NCBI GenBank assembly: GCA_028534125.1
Contig: CM052816.1
Location: 51,524,001-51,588,000, forward strand
Origin: Lama glama
Lineage: Eukaryota
Direction: 5' to 3'
Length of the DNA: 64,000 nucleotides
The position numbers were made by a program, and so were the translations under genes. The notes beneath the pieces were generated by a model. It was not told the DNA's origin. It did not search any database and was given only the letters and a program-made list of their open reading frames with translations. Shown piece by piece: positions 11,701 through 26,452 of this stretch; positions within the stretch are counted from its first letter, which is position 1; every line of letters begins with the position of its first letter.

Positions 11701-14337
11701 CTGTAAATAATGTTAGGCAAATATAACAAGCACAGGATTTTACATTTATTAAGTTTTTAAAAATTTATTATTTGTTAAGTTTATCTTACAGATTTAGTGT
11801 AGTGTTTCAGAGTGCCTCTTCTTTTGGAATACGAATTCAGGAATATGAACATATTATTTCCTTAGTTTTATTTTCCAATTTGATGATTATGCTGTGATTA
11901 TTTATCTAAAGTCAAGGAGTTAGTTTGATTATTTGCATCTGGACTTAAGGATGTTGCAGTCTCTTAGCTCACTCTATTCATTGATTTAGGCACCCATGAA
12001 TGCTAAGTGCTTCTTAGTGCAATTGACTGGAGATTAATTTAGTAGAGATTATGTTGTATTTAATCCTATTTTTCTCGCCTTGTCTGTTTTCCTTTTTTAT
12101 CTATAGATTATTTTAGCTTCTTATGTAGAGATACATTTAAAAATTTATTTTAGATACACATACAACTGAAGAATCAGAATAACTTTATCTAAACTTATAG
12201 ATACATAGAAAAATACAGATTATACTTTCTTTTTTTTTAATGTGGAGTTTTGCCTGTTTTGGGGTACAAAATAAATTTCTGTATTCTAAAGCTTTTCATG
12301 GTAACCTTAAATTTTTATTAGGAAATGCCATAGAGAATGCCTTCTAGAGGAACAGTTTTTCAATTACAAATGTACATAAAAGGGCTTATTTTTTAAAAAG
12401 CTGAAAAAATAAAAGAACTATGTGAAGAAATTCTTAATAAAATAAAGTTGCTGTAAACTGCTACTAAATAATTACTTACTTTCATATGTGAACTCATTTT
12501 ATAAGCTATAAAACACTATAAATATAATTATTCTATTCTCTATTATCTATAGAATATATGATTATTACCCTATTATATGGAATCTTTCAGTTGCATATTG
12601 ATAGTAGAAATCTGTCTCAATAACAGTATACTTTGTGAAACCTTTTCATTACTTTTAAGTACATAGAGAGTTTTATTTTGGCCACTAGTATTATACATAA
12701 TTTAGATAATTCTTTCTTGCTATTATCCTTTCCTTAAAAATCCCCTTTTCTTCCTGCTTATCCCATTTCCCTTAATACCTAGCTTAAGTAACATTTCCTC
12801 TATCAGTTAAAGCTCTTTTGTCAAGAATCTCTTTCAAAGGTCTCTTCCTGTTCTGAATTCTTGGTGTTTTGTTACCTGCACACCGATCATATGCTACTTT
12901 GTATTACTGATCTTATTTTTAATTATGTATTTCTCCCCATTAACAAGTCTGAAAAGTACCTGAGGGCAAAATTTGTTTCTTCTTCTTTTGTCTAAGACCT
13001 AGAACAAAGGTAGGAGCGTAGTAACTGTTGATAGTGATGAGCATTAAGTATTTATTTGTAAAGTTTCTCAGGATGTTTGGAAATAATTTTTGTTTCTAAC
13101 ATTAGATATTTAGAATTATCTTTATACTACAAATTTGTTACACAATCTCTTTCTTAGTGTAAAGATGCAGTCTCTTTATTGCCATACATTCTGCCTTAGT
13201 GGATGCTAAATTAATGATGTTTCATTGGTTCTCAATACTTTACACAAAATAGATGCTTAAGAGTTGTCTGATAAAGAGATAAATGGCCTGAAAGAGCAAA
13301 TGCTGTAAATGTCTAAATATTTCAGACTAATTCTAGGAAATGAGTTAAGCCCTAGGAAAAAACCCTGTGGTTCTGATTATTTTATATGGAGCTTTAAAAA
13401 ATAGTTCCAAATAATGATTGAAATTATAATTATCATTCATTTATACCTTCTGAAAATCAGAGAGGAAGAATTATCCTGTGTCTTTCCCTCAGCTGGGGTT
13501 CTCCTTTGAACACCTGCCCACTTCCTTATTTGGTATTAAGGGTTCTGGGTCCTGTGTCTGCGGGTGTATTTTTCTGAAGTATTTCTTTCCTGTTATGCCT
13601 GTGCCCTAAGGAGTACAGATCAGAGACATTGCTGGAATTTGTTATGAGAAAAACTCTTCCGGAATTCCTTTAGGGAAAGTGGAAAGTGAATTGTAAGCAC
13701 TAGCCTCACTAAATGATGCATATTAATGTGGATACTTTAAGTATGATAATAATGAGATAGGTCCAGCTAGATGGTCATAAGAGTTTGGCTGGGATTAAGG
13801 AAGTTGGAACAAGGGAAATCATTAAAAAAAGAAAGTGCAAGAAGTAGTGGGAATATAAAGTGAGTGGAAAAGGAAAGCAGACATAAAACATAATAGATCT
13901 AAATGCCAAGAAGAGCATGTGCAAAGATTAGAAAAGATAATTAACAGGAAGAATTAAGAAAAATAAGAATGGTAAAGCCAGGAAGAAATTCTGAGTCAGT
14001 TATTTTTGGTGCTTAGTAGCAAGAGGAGAAACATTAGATTGCTTTTTAATGTTTCCCACTGACCTTAATTTCTTGGGATCTATAATTTATATTATTTAGA
14101 AAGAAGATATTTTCTTGGTTATTAACTTAGTGTCAGAGCAAACTCACTGTTCATCTGTACTTGAGGAAAATGTTACACATGGACAACAATTTAAAATAAG
14201 CTTGGGGAAGGAGATAAGAGCTTATGACTAAGTTTTAAAACATTTTTTTTCTTGATTATAGAAAATTTGCAAAATACAGAACAATACAGAGAAGGAAGTA
14301 AAAGGCTCCATTACCCATTGAAATCACTTTAAAAATA

Positions 14338-14420
14338 CTTTTTTTTTAAAGAGCAGTTTTAGGTTCATAGCAAAATTTAGCAGACAGTACAGAGATTTCT
14401 CCTATACTCATTCACCAACC
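14338..14420 (-). mobile_element. Short L1MC-type 3' end
   Basis: T-run followed by agagcagttttaggttcatagcaaaatt...gtacagagatttctcctatac; same type as the element at 36950. Confidence 0.65.
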
Positions 14421-14689
14421 TTAAAGCTATTTTAATATCTCTGATATGATACCCAGTATTACTTATTTTGTAAAGCTACTTTCTAGCTAAATTAATCTAG
14501 CTAACTTGTATGTTGTTAAAAGCTTAGTTTGGCTTAGTTTGGGTTATTAAAATTACCCATCATGGTTAGGGTAAGTGTGCTTTTACTCTGGAACTAGTCT
14601 AGTCCTACCTCTGAAGTGTGACCCATGGGTAATCTCTACTGAATGCTCTTAGTGTTCATGTGAATAGTGTTCTTGGTGTTTCTCCTTTG

Positions 14690-15140
14690 AGTAGTTAAGT
14701 GGTTTTCCAGTCCTGTGTGATCAATAGTTCTTTGCCTGGCCTGGTGGAATTTCACCCTACATATGGGCAAAGAGACCCCTATGCAGATTGTTGGAGTTCT
14801 TTTGCTGTGTAACCCCCTCCTATCTAATGCTCTGCCCACAAATTCCAGCTGCTGCAACTCCCCAAATTTGACTCCTTGATCACCTCAACTCAAGACCACT
14901 GTCCTATATTTGGGTTTCTCCCTCCCTGCACTGTATTCTGGAATGTGCCTTAAAGCAGAAAGCTAGGGTTATGATAGGACTCAACTTTTTATGTTCCCCC
15001 TTTTCTCAAGTTTTATAGGCCTGAACTGCCTGTTGTCCCATATGTAAAACCAGTTGTTTCATATATCCAGTGTTCTGGCTGTCTGTAGGAAGAAGGCAAG
15101 TTCAGTCCCACTTCCTCCTCCATGGCATAAATGGAAGTCT
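14690..15140 (-). mobile_element. Ancient L1ME-type 5' region fragment
   Basis: gacccctatgcagatt...ctctgcccacaaattccagctgc...ctccctccctgcactgtattctgg...aaagcagaaagctaggg...ggaagtc. Confidence 0.6.
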
Positions 15141-15410
15141 GGTGTCAATTTTGATACTAAAATATTGAAATAGAGTACGGGAAGACTTCCAAGGTTAGTC
15201 AACAAGTATTAAGAAGCTACTAGTATTCTGGGTGGGTATAAAGGAAGATCTACTCTCTATAAAGATAACACAAACAGAACTGTGCCTATTAGCTATGTAT
15301 ATCAACTGTGTGTGTCGATTCCATAGGCGAGGGCGAGCCTGGGTATAATGCATAATCTTCAAGCTGGATCAGTATGGAGGATTATCAAGTATACACAGTC
15401 CTGGATTTCT

Positions 15411-15900
15411 TTTTTTATTTTTTAATTGAAGTACCATCAGTTACAGTGTGTCAATATCTGGTGTACAGCACAATGTCCCAGTCATGGATATATTCATTTT
15501 CATATTTTTCATTAAAGGTTATTACAAGATAGTTCCCTGTGCTATATAGCAGACATTTTTTTAAAAAAATCTATTTTTATACATAGTGGCTAACATTTGT
15601 AAATCTCAAACTCCCAAATTTATCCCTTCCCACCCCCTTTCCCTGGTAACCATGAGATTGTTTACTATGTCTGCAAGTCTGTTTCTGTTCTGTAGATGAG
15701 TTCATAGTGTCCTTTCTTTTTTTCTTTTTTTTTTTTTTTTCAGATTCCACATATGAGTGATATCATGGTATTTTTCTTTCTCTTCTTGACTTACTTCACT
15801 TAGAATGACAATCTCTGGGTCCATCCATGTTGCTGCAAATGGCATTATTTTATTCATTTTATGGCTGAGTAGTATTTCATTGTATAAATATACCACAACT
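15411..15900 (-). mobile_element. L1 3' end (ORF2 terminus, 3'UTR and polyA), first part of composite insertion
   Basis: T-rich tail, L1 3'UTR, and ORF 15702-15896 ([21 protein letters not shown]) matching the ORF2 C-terminus. Confidence 0.9.
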
Positions 15901-15969
15901 TTTTGTTGTTGTTGTTGTAAGAATAGGCAAGGCTGTTTTATTTATTTTTTTGGTTGTGTATTTTGCTTT

Positions 15970-17653
15970 ATTTTTTTAACTTTTTTATTGAGTTGTAGTC
16001 ATTTTACAATGTTGTGTCAAATTCCAGTGTAGAGCACAATTTTTCAGTTATATATGAACATACATACATTCATTGTCGCATTTTTTTTGCTGGGAGCTAC
16101 CATAAGATCTTGTATATATTTCCCTGTGCCATGCAGTATAATCTTGTTTATCTGTTCTACATTTTGAAATCCCAGTCTGTCCCTTCCCACCCCCCGCCCC
16201 CTTCGCAACCACAAGTTTGTATTCTATGTCTATGAGTCTGTTTCTGATCTGTATTTATGTTTCGGTTTGTTGTTTTTTTTTAGATTCCACATATGAGCGA
16301 TCTCATATGGTCTTTTTCTTTCTCTTTCTGGCTTACTTCACTTAGAATGACATTCTCCAGGAACATCCATGTTGCTGCAAAAATGGTGTTATGTTGTTGG
16401 TTTTTATGGCTGAATAGTATTCCACTTTATAAATATACCACATCTTCTTTATCCAGTCATCTGTTGATGGACATTTAGGCTGTTTCCATGTCTTGGCTAT
16501 TGTGAATAGTGCTGCTGTGAACACTAGGGTGCTGGTGTCTTTTTGAAGTAGAGTTCCTTCTGGATATATGCCCAGGAGCAGGATTCCTGGGTCATATGGT
16601 AAGTCTATTCCTAGTCTTTTGAGGAATCTCCATACTGTTTTCCATAGTGGCTGCACCAAACTGCATTCCCACCAGCAGTGTAGGAGTGTTCCCTTTTCTC
16701 CACAGCCTCTCCAGCATTTGTCATTTGTGGACTTTTGAATGACGGCCATTCTGACTGGTGTGAGGTGATACCTCATTGTACTTTTGATTTGCATTTCTCT
16801 GATAATTAGTGATATTGAGCATTTTTTCATGTGCTTATTGGCCATTGGTATGTCTTTATTAGAGAATTGTTTATTTAGGATTTCTGCCCATTTTTGGATT
16901 GGGTTGTTTTTTTTTTGTTATTAAGTTGTATTAGCTGTTTATTTTGGAAGTTAAGCCTTTGTCAGTTGCATCATTTGCAAATATTTTCTCTCATTCTGTA
17001 GGTTGTCATTTTGTTTTGCTTATGGTTTCCTTTGCTCCTCAAAAAGCTTATAAGTTTAATTAGGTCTCATTTGTTTATTTTCACTTTTGTTTCTATTGTC
17101 TGGGTAGACTGCCCTAGGAGAACATTGCTAATAACATTTATGTCAGAGAATGTTTTTGCCTATGTTTTCTCCTAGGAGGTTTATCATGTCTTGTATTATA
17201 TTTAAGTCTTTAAGCCATTTTGAGTTTATTTTCGTATATGGAGTGAGGGAATGTTCTAAGTTCATTGATTTATATCCTGCTGTCCCGTTTTCCCAACACC
17301 ACTTGCTGGAGAGACTATCTTCTCTCCATTGTATATTCTTACCTCCTTTGTTGAAGATTAATTGACCGTAGGTCTGTGGGTTATTTCTGGGCTCTCTATT
17401 CTGTTCCATTGATCCATATGTCTGTTTTTATGCCAATACCACACTGTTTTGATTACTGTAGCTCTGTAATACTATCTGAAGTCTGGGAGGGTTATTCCTC
17501 CAGCATCATTCTTTTTCTTCAATATTACTATGGCAATTCTGGGTCTTTTATGATTCCATATAAATTTTAGGATTATTTATTCTCGTTCTTTGAAAAATGT
17601 CCTGGGTAATTTGACAGGGGTCACATTAGATCTGTAGACTGCCTTGGGCAGCC
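15970..17653 (-). mobile_element. 5'-truncated, relatively young L1 (ORF2 C-terminal part plus 3'UTR)
   Basis: ORFs 16342-16845 ([29 protein letters not shown]...[18 protein letters not shown]) and 17143-17409 are L1 ORF2p pieces. TSD at 15396-15410 and 17654-17668. Confidence 0.95.
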
Positions 17654-20600
17654 CAGTACTGTATTTCTAATGTATATAACTTAACTATAAGATTGGATGG
17701 AAAATTTTACTAAATTCTACAAATAACCATATTTCTATAAATTGTTGATTAATTTTAATTAATTCTTATTTTTATATCTTAGTCTTTTTGTTTCCCTCCA
17801 AATTTATAGTCATTTTAAATCATGAACTTGCCTGTCTGTACAGAGCAAATATTTCTATTTCTAAGCATGCCAAATCATTTAATTCCAAATCCATGCTCTC
17901 AGGCATTACTTGTCTATAATTTAGCCTCAATGAAACATCAGCAAAGTAATATTTTTTATGCCCAGCTATTCATTTAATAATTATTAAATTTTTCATTCCT
18001 GTCCCTGTCAATCTTGACAGATGTAATTATCTCTGCCCCAGAACATTTAATTCTCAGTATCTTCAACGTCTTTATGTGTATCAGGTGTCTATTTCTCTAA
18101 AATCGACATTGAGAATATAAAAAAAGACTTTTTAAGTGTGTTTAAAACAAAGGCTGGATATTAATATTACTGTGTGGTTGCATAGCCACAGTTTTGACAT
18201 GCCAAATCTGTTTTTTAGCCTCACTGTTAATGATGAAGAACTTTAAAAAGACAATGCTGGAAACAGATTTCTAATTTTTCACACCTCCTTAGCACCAGGT
18301 TGTAAGCTCTGTTGAAAATTTGATCAGGCTGATCTAGTTTCATTGCTAAACTACTTACAATCCCATGAGCAGTCTCTCAGTGGCTGCCAAATGTTCCTTG
18401 CTACTTGTTAGCTAGCTGTGATCCAGCTTAACTCTTGGCATTTTATCACTTAGGAGTCATATTAGGATACTGATATGAATCATTAGTCAACATGGGAATT
18501 ATACAGTGGATCAGAAATGAGATTTCTGGATCCAGCATGACTTCTTATAGTCCATTAGGAGAACTTAACCTGGTCTAAGTTCTCTATAGCTGAGGCTTCT
18601 TTAGTCGGTGACATTGGGATTTAGGGACAAAAGATGGAGAGTGGATTTTGGATACAGCATTTTGTAGCACAGACTACTCACCAGTGCTCAGGGATAACAG
18701 CTAGACATTCTTTATAAAAGAGCCCTTTTCTAGGCCTCTGCAGTCTTTTTATTGTTTATTTCCTAACCTTGATTTATTTCCTTTGAGGAAATAAAGAGGA
18801 GAGGGAGGTTATTGTCTTTTGAGGATTTGTTTTATTAAAAATAACAAAACAACAAATATCTACCACCTACAACTAAATGGACTACATTATTTCTTTAAAA
18901 AATTACCCTTTGTTTGTAGAGGTTAGGCATCACTGTGAAGGAATTGAGTTGGTGATGTTCATGTTGTCGAAATATAGTATTTTATTGAGTTGCTGAATCT
19001 TAAGTATATACTAAGAGGATGATAATGCTAAAATAAGTATCTAAGGAGACATCTTACACTTCCCCTTTGAATGCTTTGAATGGAGGAAACCAAAGGATTC
19101 TGTAAGTGTGTTATGCCTGGCCTGAGAGATTCATTCATTAAAAAATATGTATTGGGTACTTACTAGTTTAGGTGCTGGAGATAACAGAGATAGACAAGAC
19201 AATGCATTCTAGTAGTTTAATTTCAGGAGAAATTAGGAACAGCTGCTTTTTGAAGTTATTATCCTACTCTGTCTTCCCTCTACGTTTATACAACTGGTGA
19301 GTTAACCAAAAGAATTTAAAAACTACAAATGGGAATCCATTAGTTTGAAAGCTTTATGTTTTCTTGAGCCTTTTTTTTTTTCCCCTGCTAAAGGTGAGAA
19401 AATGGTGAAATACTAATAAAATCAGTTTTCATCATTGAAGTTGGGATAGATGTATGTTTTCTCATATTAAATAGCTACTTTCTCATGCTTTCAGTTTCAA
19501 CACTACATATTTTAGGATTATTAAAAGAATAGCACACAAAAGACAGGTTTTTTAATAGGTAGTAGACCTAAGTGTGAAAAGTAAATATAGGATGTCATGG
19601 TCAGGCTGACAGATATGGCTGTTTATTGGTCGATGGATTTCTCATCGTACAGGCACTTACCAAATGATGTTTATACATAGTTCATAACTGTCTACCTCAC
19701 AGGAATACTGTGAGGCGTGATTAAATGTCATCTACAAGTGGCACACATTACATGTTCCTGAACAATTTTATAAATATTAAATCATATTATAACTAGCATT
19801 TATAATATAAAGAAAACTTTTGATGAATCCTGCTCATAAGATTAATAATATCCTTCCTATGGTATAAACAGTCCTATCTACTTTAATTGTTCTATAAATT
19901 CAGTTTCAACAAATTAGGCCATTTTTATTAATTTACTTTTGTGAAGTAATGATTTGTTTCATATAGATGTATTATATACACACATAGATACTGACATACA
20001 TATATATCTATGTATGTATGTAGAAAGAGAGATACTTAGGAATTTGCTCTGAACTATAGGCAGTAGTCACCTTTTATTTATGTGTAGCCTGGAAAGCTTG
20101 TTTGCAGATTAACAATACTGTCTTAAAAACCTTTTTAATATGTTGTCTATAGTTCCTTATTTTCTACCATTTCTTTTGGAGCATGAGATTTACCCTCAAA
20201 TTAGATGGCTAGCTTATAGAATGAAGTAAATTCTTCACCTCTTTTCCAGACCATAAGGTTCTTATTTAAAAGTATAGTTGAGAATTTGCTATAATTAGAC
20301 TTTTAAATGACAGTATCTGTTGTAGATGCGTCATTAGATAGATGCTTAACTTAGTGCTCTTAGATGACACCTGTTGGCAAGCCCGTAATAGATTTTGTTC
20401 ACATGAATGGCAAAAACTGTTTCTTCGTTAGATTTTGTAATTCTCACAAGCTACATTTGCAATAATTTTATTTGGTGGTGTGGTTATGATGTTTTCTCAG
20501 ATTTTAAAGTTCAAGAATTAAGCAGAGAGAAGTCTGTTAAGTGCTTGTTAAGTGAGTATATCTAAATTCTGAATTATATTTTCAAACATGAAAATAACTA

Positions 20601-20689
20601 CTGCAAAAGATTATACTATAAATCCAGCAACTTTCCTTTTTGTTTGAATGTTCTACATGTTCTTTGGAAAAAAAATTTTTTTTGTGCAT

Positions 20690-22510
20690 TAAGCTTTTCT
20701 ACATTTAGGATAATTTCTTTAGGTTTGACTCCAAGTACTAAAATTATTGGGCCTAAGCGTGTGAACTTTTTTTTTTTTTTGGAAGCTTCTGATGTATACT
20801 TATTGTCAAATTGGTTTTGAAAAGAATTATACTAGTTTTTCGCCATCAGCAGTATTTGAGTATCCCTTTTCTTAGACATTATGTATTTAAGTGAGAATTT
20901 AAATCCCATTGTTGCTTTAATATATATTATATATATTATAAATATATATTTGTTTTTATATATATTTGTTTGATTACCAGTGACAGTTAACATTTTCCAC
21001 TTTTTAAAATTAGTTGTGATGTTTGTTACTGCTTCTGCTTATTTATCTAAGATTTAGCATTTTTACTTTCATATTAATTATTTATATATTTATAATGAAA
21101 TCAAAATTATCTAAAATGTGTTCCCCCTTCTCACACCCTCACACCCCAAAAAATGCCTGACCAAAATTAGACAACAAACTGGAAAAAAAATGTTTGCAGA
21201 AATTATATCAGAGGTTTAATATTTTTATTGAGCCAAATATCTTAGATTTTTGTGTGATGCGAATGGCATAAAGTTTAGTGTTAGTTACTGGAGACACAGA
21301 GCTCCCATTATGATTGTTAGAGAACAGTGCTGTAACAGGAGTTGTCCTCCGGCCTCTGTCCCTACTCTATTTAGGCCATCCTGGTTTTATGCTTTATTTA
21401 GTTTGTTGGCCACATCCATGCTAGCTGGACTTCATCTGTTGCTGCTTCTTATTATTAATGTTTCTACCAGTAGCCGTAGCTCACATTTCCTTCTACTCTT
21501 CTATACACAGTATGTATATATATTCATGTGTATATATGCTCATACTTTTAATTTTAACAATGAATTATGAGCATTTCTTCATTTCATTAAACATCTTCAA
21601 AAGTACATTTCCTCACCACCTGCATATATCACAATCTAATTATTTCTCTTTTATCAGATATTTAGGTTGCCAGTTTTTCACTGCTATAATTTTGCTGCAA
21701 GCTTCATCATATATTGTTTGGATTTCTGATTAATTCTTTAGAAGTATTTTAGAATAAAAATTACAGGAGCAGAGGATATAAAAGGTTTATTATTTAATTT
21801 TTTCCTATTTACTTGTTTATTTCTTTTTAAATAAGTAGTAGAAAAGCACAGGGGGAATAATCAAACAGAAGAAAGTTTATGCTATAAAATAACTTCCTCT
21901 TATCCTAGGCTCCCTAGGAGAAACCCCTAGGGATAAAGCCCTACAATAAAAGATACTGTTTGGATACACATGATTCTACCAGAGGGAAGCCTAGGGAGTG
22001 ACACTTGTTGCTCCTGTGGCTGTGTGTATACAAAATATCTCTGGAAAAATATATGTATCATATACATGGGAGCATATTATACAGGCCATCCTACTCTTCG
22101 TGTTTGTCACTTATTCACTTACCTTTTCACCTTGCCATGCTATTTTCCTGAAAAGCTGTACCAATTATTACACTTTCATATTTTATCCTTTAGGCACTGA
22201 ATACTTTAATGTTTTTAGAGTCTTTGCTACATTCGTTGGTGAAATTTTAAAATGCCATTTGTGACTGGGAGACTGAATATCTGAATATTTAGGTAGCCAT
22301 TCCTCTTATTTGACCTTTAATTTCCATACGTTGCTCATTATTTAAAAATTAAGGTCTTCACGTTCTGACAGGTCATTTTATATGAGCTCTTTGTGTATTA
22401 AGCATATCAGCCTTTTGTTGATCTGTTTGTATATCCTATTTTCTCAGTCCATTGTTGCCTTTTAATTTTATTTTGGGTTTTTTTGAGGGGTAGTCAGAGG
22501 TTTAACATTT
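20690..22510 (-). mobile_element. Cluster of highly decayed L1ME-type 3' fragments with interspersed other sequence
   Basis: Motifs gatatttaggttgccagtttttcactgctataat, ccatcagcagtatttgag, gagctctttgtgtattaag. Confidence 0.5.
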
Positions 22511-23779
22511 TTCTGTATTTTTTCGTTTTTATATGTCTTTAGTTCCCATCTAACTATGTATTTTGTAACCAACAAATCCACTTTTGTTAGAATCATGTAG
22601 AAAAGTGTGAGTGGGGTTCCCCCCTTTTTTAATGTATAAGTTAAAAAGTTAACTTATAGACTGGTCCACATCCAAATTACTAGAATTTTGAATCTGTGAA
22701 GCCTACTTGAAAGATATTTGACTCTATCAGAACTGGAAATTGATAGAATTTGAATTGTGGCGTTTTATCAGTGGTGGTTGACTTTTCCACTCAGCCTCCT
22801 AGGCACCTGTGAGTGTATATGTGTAACTGAGGGACAGTGAGTTGAGTGTGCATCACATGTGTAGGTGATACAGAATTACTGTTTTGAGGGCAGTGCCAAG
22901 TGGGCCCAAGCTTTGTTCTCTTCCCATTTTAACCTGTACATTTGCTCTTACTTACAAAGCTTAAGAGCTGGCAGTGGCCGGGGAATAAAGAAGATACTGA
23001 GCTGGTTCAGATGTATTTTGCATTCTGGCTTTGGCTCTCTCTTTAGAATTGTTGGTTGTGATTTTGATAACTCAGTCATTGATATCTATTTGAAACTTAG
23101 AATGAAATGAGGGTGATTTAAATGTATATGACCCATAAATCATTGATACGGTTTTTCATCAGTGTTTTAAAAAAGTCTGCATCTACTTTCTGAAACCAAC
23201 TCTTACTGAATGATTGTTAATTTTTTTCTATGTATTAGATTAAATAGCCACTCTGTACTTTATCAGAAGTAGTTAAATTTCTTAAAGATCCTAGAAAAGG
23301 AAAAGGAAAATGCTAATATGAGAGTATACAGTTTAAATATTTGTATTTCAATATTTATCTTAGAATTTTCACTGTCTAGTAGAAATTGAATCCAAATAAT
23401 GTTTGATGATCCCATGTTACTGGGTAAGGGACCATACTGTGACTCACCTGCATTGGTCAACAGGCGTCACTCCTTACTCCCCTGGAATCATTTGTGCTCA
23501 GGCACAAATCATATATTGCAGGGCTTTCCCCCTAGAACCTTATGGAGATTCTTGTTTCTGGTGGCCCCGATGCCTCTATTGTAGGGAGCTGATGGGAAAT
23601 ACACAGTATCTGTGTATGAAAGGAGAACAAATACTCCTTCTTTTGCTGTGGCTCCTAGTGGTTCCTCAGGAGCAGGAAGGAGGATAGAAAGGAATGGCGA
23701 ATGTCGGAGAGATTGTGACGTTGGAATCCAGTGTGCAGCTTGGTAAAATAATGCGTGACAGAATGAACTGAAACTGTCT

Positions 23780-23885
23780 CAATCATTGTTACTCTTTACT
23801 GGGCTCTCTAATCCTTTCAATAATACTACAAGGCAAATATTCTTCCCATTTTATAAGTGAGGAAACTGAGACTCAGAAGTTGTGT
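23780..23885. mobile_element. MIR SINE fragment
   Basis: cccattttataagtgaggaaactgagactcagaag is the MIR core. Confidence 0.75.
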
Positions 23886-26452
23886 TTCATTGAAGGGGAG
23901 CACAGGTGCCATAAACAGACAGAGAAGGTGAATTTAACTCTGGACGTGGTCAATTTAAGGGAGAGATATCTTGCTAGAAACTTCAAACAGTACTTTGGAG
24001 AAGCAGGTTTGGAGCCTGGTAGAGAGGCTGAGGCTAAAGAGAAAGGTTTGGGAAATCCTGTGCACAGAGGTGGTAGTTAAACTGTTGCAGATTTGCTGGT
24101 GACGTATTATGGAATCATCATGGCAGTAGAGCTGATTAGTTGTTCACCCATGAGATGCTCCCTGCCACTCTTTCTGGAGCATAGGTCCTGACTGCTGGAA
24201 AGCACTCATTTAGTTCAAGGGAAGTTCCAGAACGTGGAGGTATGAGGTGGCGTTACTGCTTTTCTTAGCCCTGTCCCATTTTATCACCCTGTTGGTAACC
24301 ATATGATGTGCTGCTGCAGCAGATTTTAAGGCAAGGAGGCTAGGTACAGCCCTTGAAAGGTGCTTCAGAATCTTTAGTTCTGTAGTGTGAAACCCCTTCC
24401 CCCCACTGGTTCTGTGCCCCTGCTAGTACATCTTTTAGAATCACTGTCCTAGACCCATTAAGAGAGAGGAAATTGTTGCTTTAAATTCTATTTATAAAGA
24501 GATTTGTTTGTTACCTAATTAATTGGGGGAAAATATAGAAGAAATACATTAGCCCCTTAAATATTACAAAGAAGAGATTACAAGAAGTGACTTGCTTAAC
24601 TTTAAGGAATAATGTTTCTTATAAAGACACAGCAATAGTTGTGCTCTGGCCTCAGCTCTTCTGGGGTCTGCTCTCTGTGCCCCCAGGCCCACCACAGTGC
24701 CCCTGCTTCACTGATTTCTCCATGCTTGGTGGGACAGCCTTACTGTTCAGCCTATGACTTAGGCCAGGCTTTCTTGTCTAGCCTGCACCACTGGTTTGGC
24801 TCTAGGCCCAAGATTTTACAATGCACAAGGACTTACCTCAGTCTCCAGGGCAGTAGGTTGCAGGGCCACACTGCCACTGGGGCTCCACAGTGTCTCCAGG
24901 AGAAATTTACAAACGTTTTCTTTTTTAAGGTGAAATTTGCCATCATGGTCAGGGAATCATGTGGTAGGGTTGGGAGCGGTTAGTGGAGGAATAGGGTATG
25001 TGGGATATGTGTGCTTGAAGAATGTGTGATAAGAATCACCAGTAGGGTTTATTTGTTTGAAACTACAGGAACATTTCAATCCCCATATCTCAGCTGATGT
25101 ACTTTGTGGATGAACCACACTTCCACGAGGCCCATTACACAGGGATATGACATGCTCCCTCGCCTGTGTTAGGGTAGAAAAAGTTGAGAAGCCCTGGTCT
25201 AGGCAGTGGCATTCAACTTGAAGAGATTAGTTGTTTCTAAATTACATCCGTATACTCACATACTTTTTTCATCTATAAGCAACTTTAACAGATGTCTACT
25301 TCTGGTACTTAGTAACTACAGAATGTATTAAATGTTTGGCAGCTTTGGAATGAAGAAAGAATTAAATGGACAGAACAAGTGATTTTATACAGGCTTTCCC
25401 TTTTTGTGACAAATACATGTTATGTTTTCATGAAAATGAAGGAAATAGAAAATATTCATTTTTGCAAATGCCATCAGTCTTTAACAATCAAAAATTTACT
25501 TGGCAAGAGAAATGGTGTAGCTGTTCAGAATTGTAGTTATTGTTACATTGTTTTATTTACTGTAAACCTGGCTCAATATTGGTAAATAGTGTAGCAGAAA
25601 CTGAACTGTTGTGAGCTATCTGGGCATCAGTCCAAGATATCATTAAAAATACCGCCTCAGACTAATTTGAGTTTATGAATAATATTTTGTTAACAGCTGA
25701 ACTAAAATTGAGCCACATGTTGTAGCTTAAAATTCTGAATCCACAAGATAACAAGAGTCGTATAAGTGTATAGTGCATACTTAATATTCTATATTATGAG
25801 TGGTAAATTTATATGTGCTTTTGTTTTAACCTTTAAACTCTATCTATAAAGTTTACTTAATGCTGTGATTTGCTGTTAATTTGAATTTCTTATAAACTAA
25901 AATATTACTGGTTTAACAATCAAATCTAAAGAATAAGGAGAAGGTGCCTGAACAAGTATTAAAATAGACATTCAGGACTCATTTTGGTATACCAGTGTGT
26001 AAACAGCTGGAGGTTATGTTAACGTTCACCAAAAAAATTGAAAGATATAGTGTTGTTGTAAAGGTTCAATAACTTATTTATTTTACTAATGAAGGATAAT
26101 AATTACATCTTAAAATAGGTTATGGGAATTACTAATGTTTGATTATAAATTATTAGTTCATATTAAGTATAACAAAGGGAACTGAGGGTATGTAAGTTAG
26201 ATGATCCAAGACAAAAATCCATATTTAGGTGTTTCTTGCCAAGAAAAGATACTAGTTGTCTTTTTCTCTGTGAGCTATTTTAAGTTCCTTCTGAACATAC
26301 ACGTATAGACTCCTATTGAAGAGATGTTGTAAGAGTTGATTTTCTGTCACTGTTAGTGAAAAATATTTTTGTAATGAAAAGACATGTGTATTATTTAAAT
26401 AATGAATTTTAAATATACCTTTTCTCAATAAAATATTTTATTCATTTTTCAG

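Noticed and set aside
16342..16845. 167-aa ORF as a host gene
   Set aside because: It is L1 ORF2p C-terminus from a 5'-truncated, frameshifted copy.
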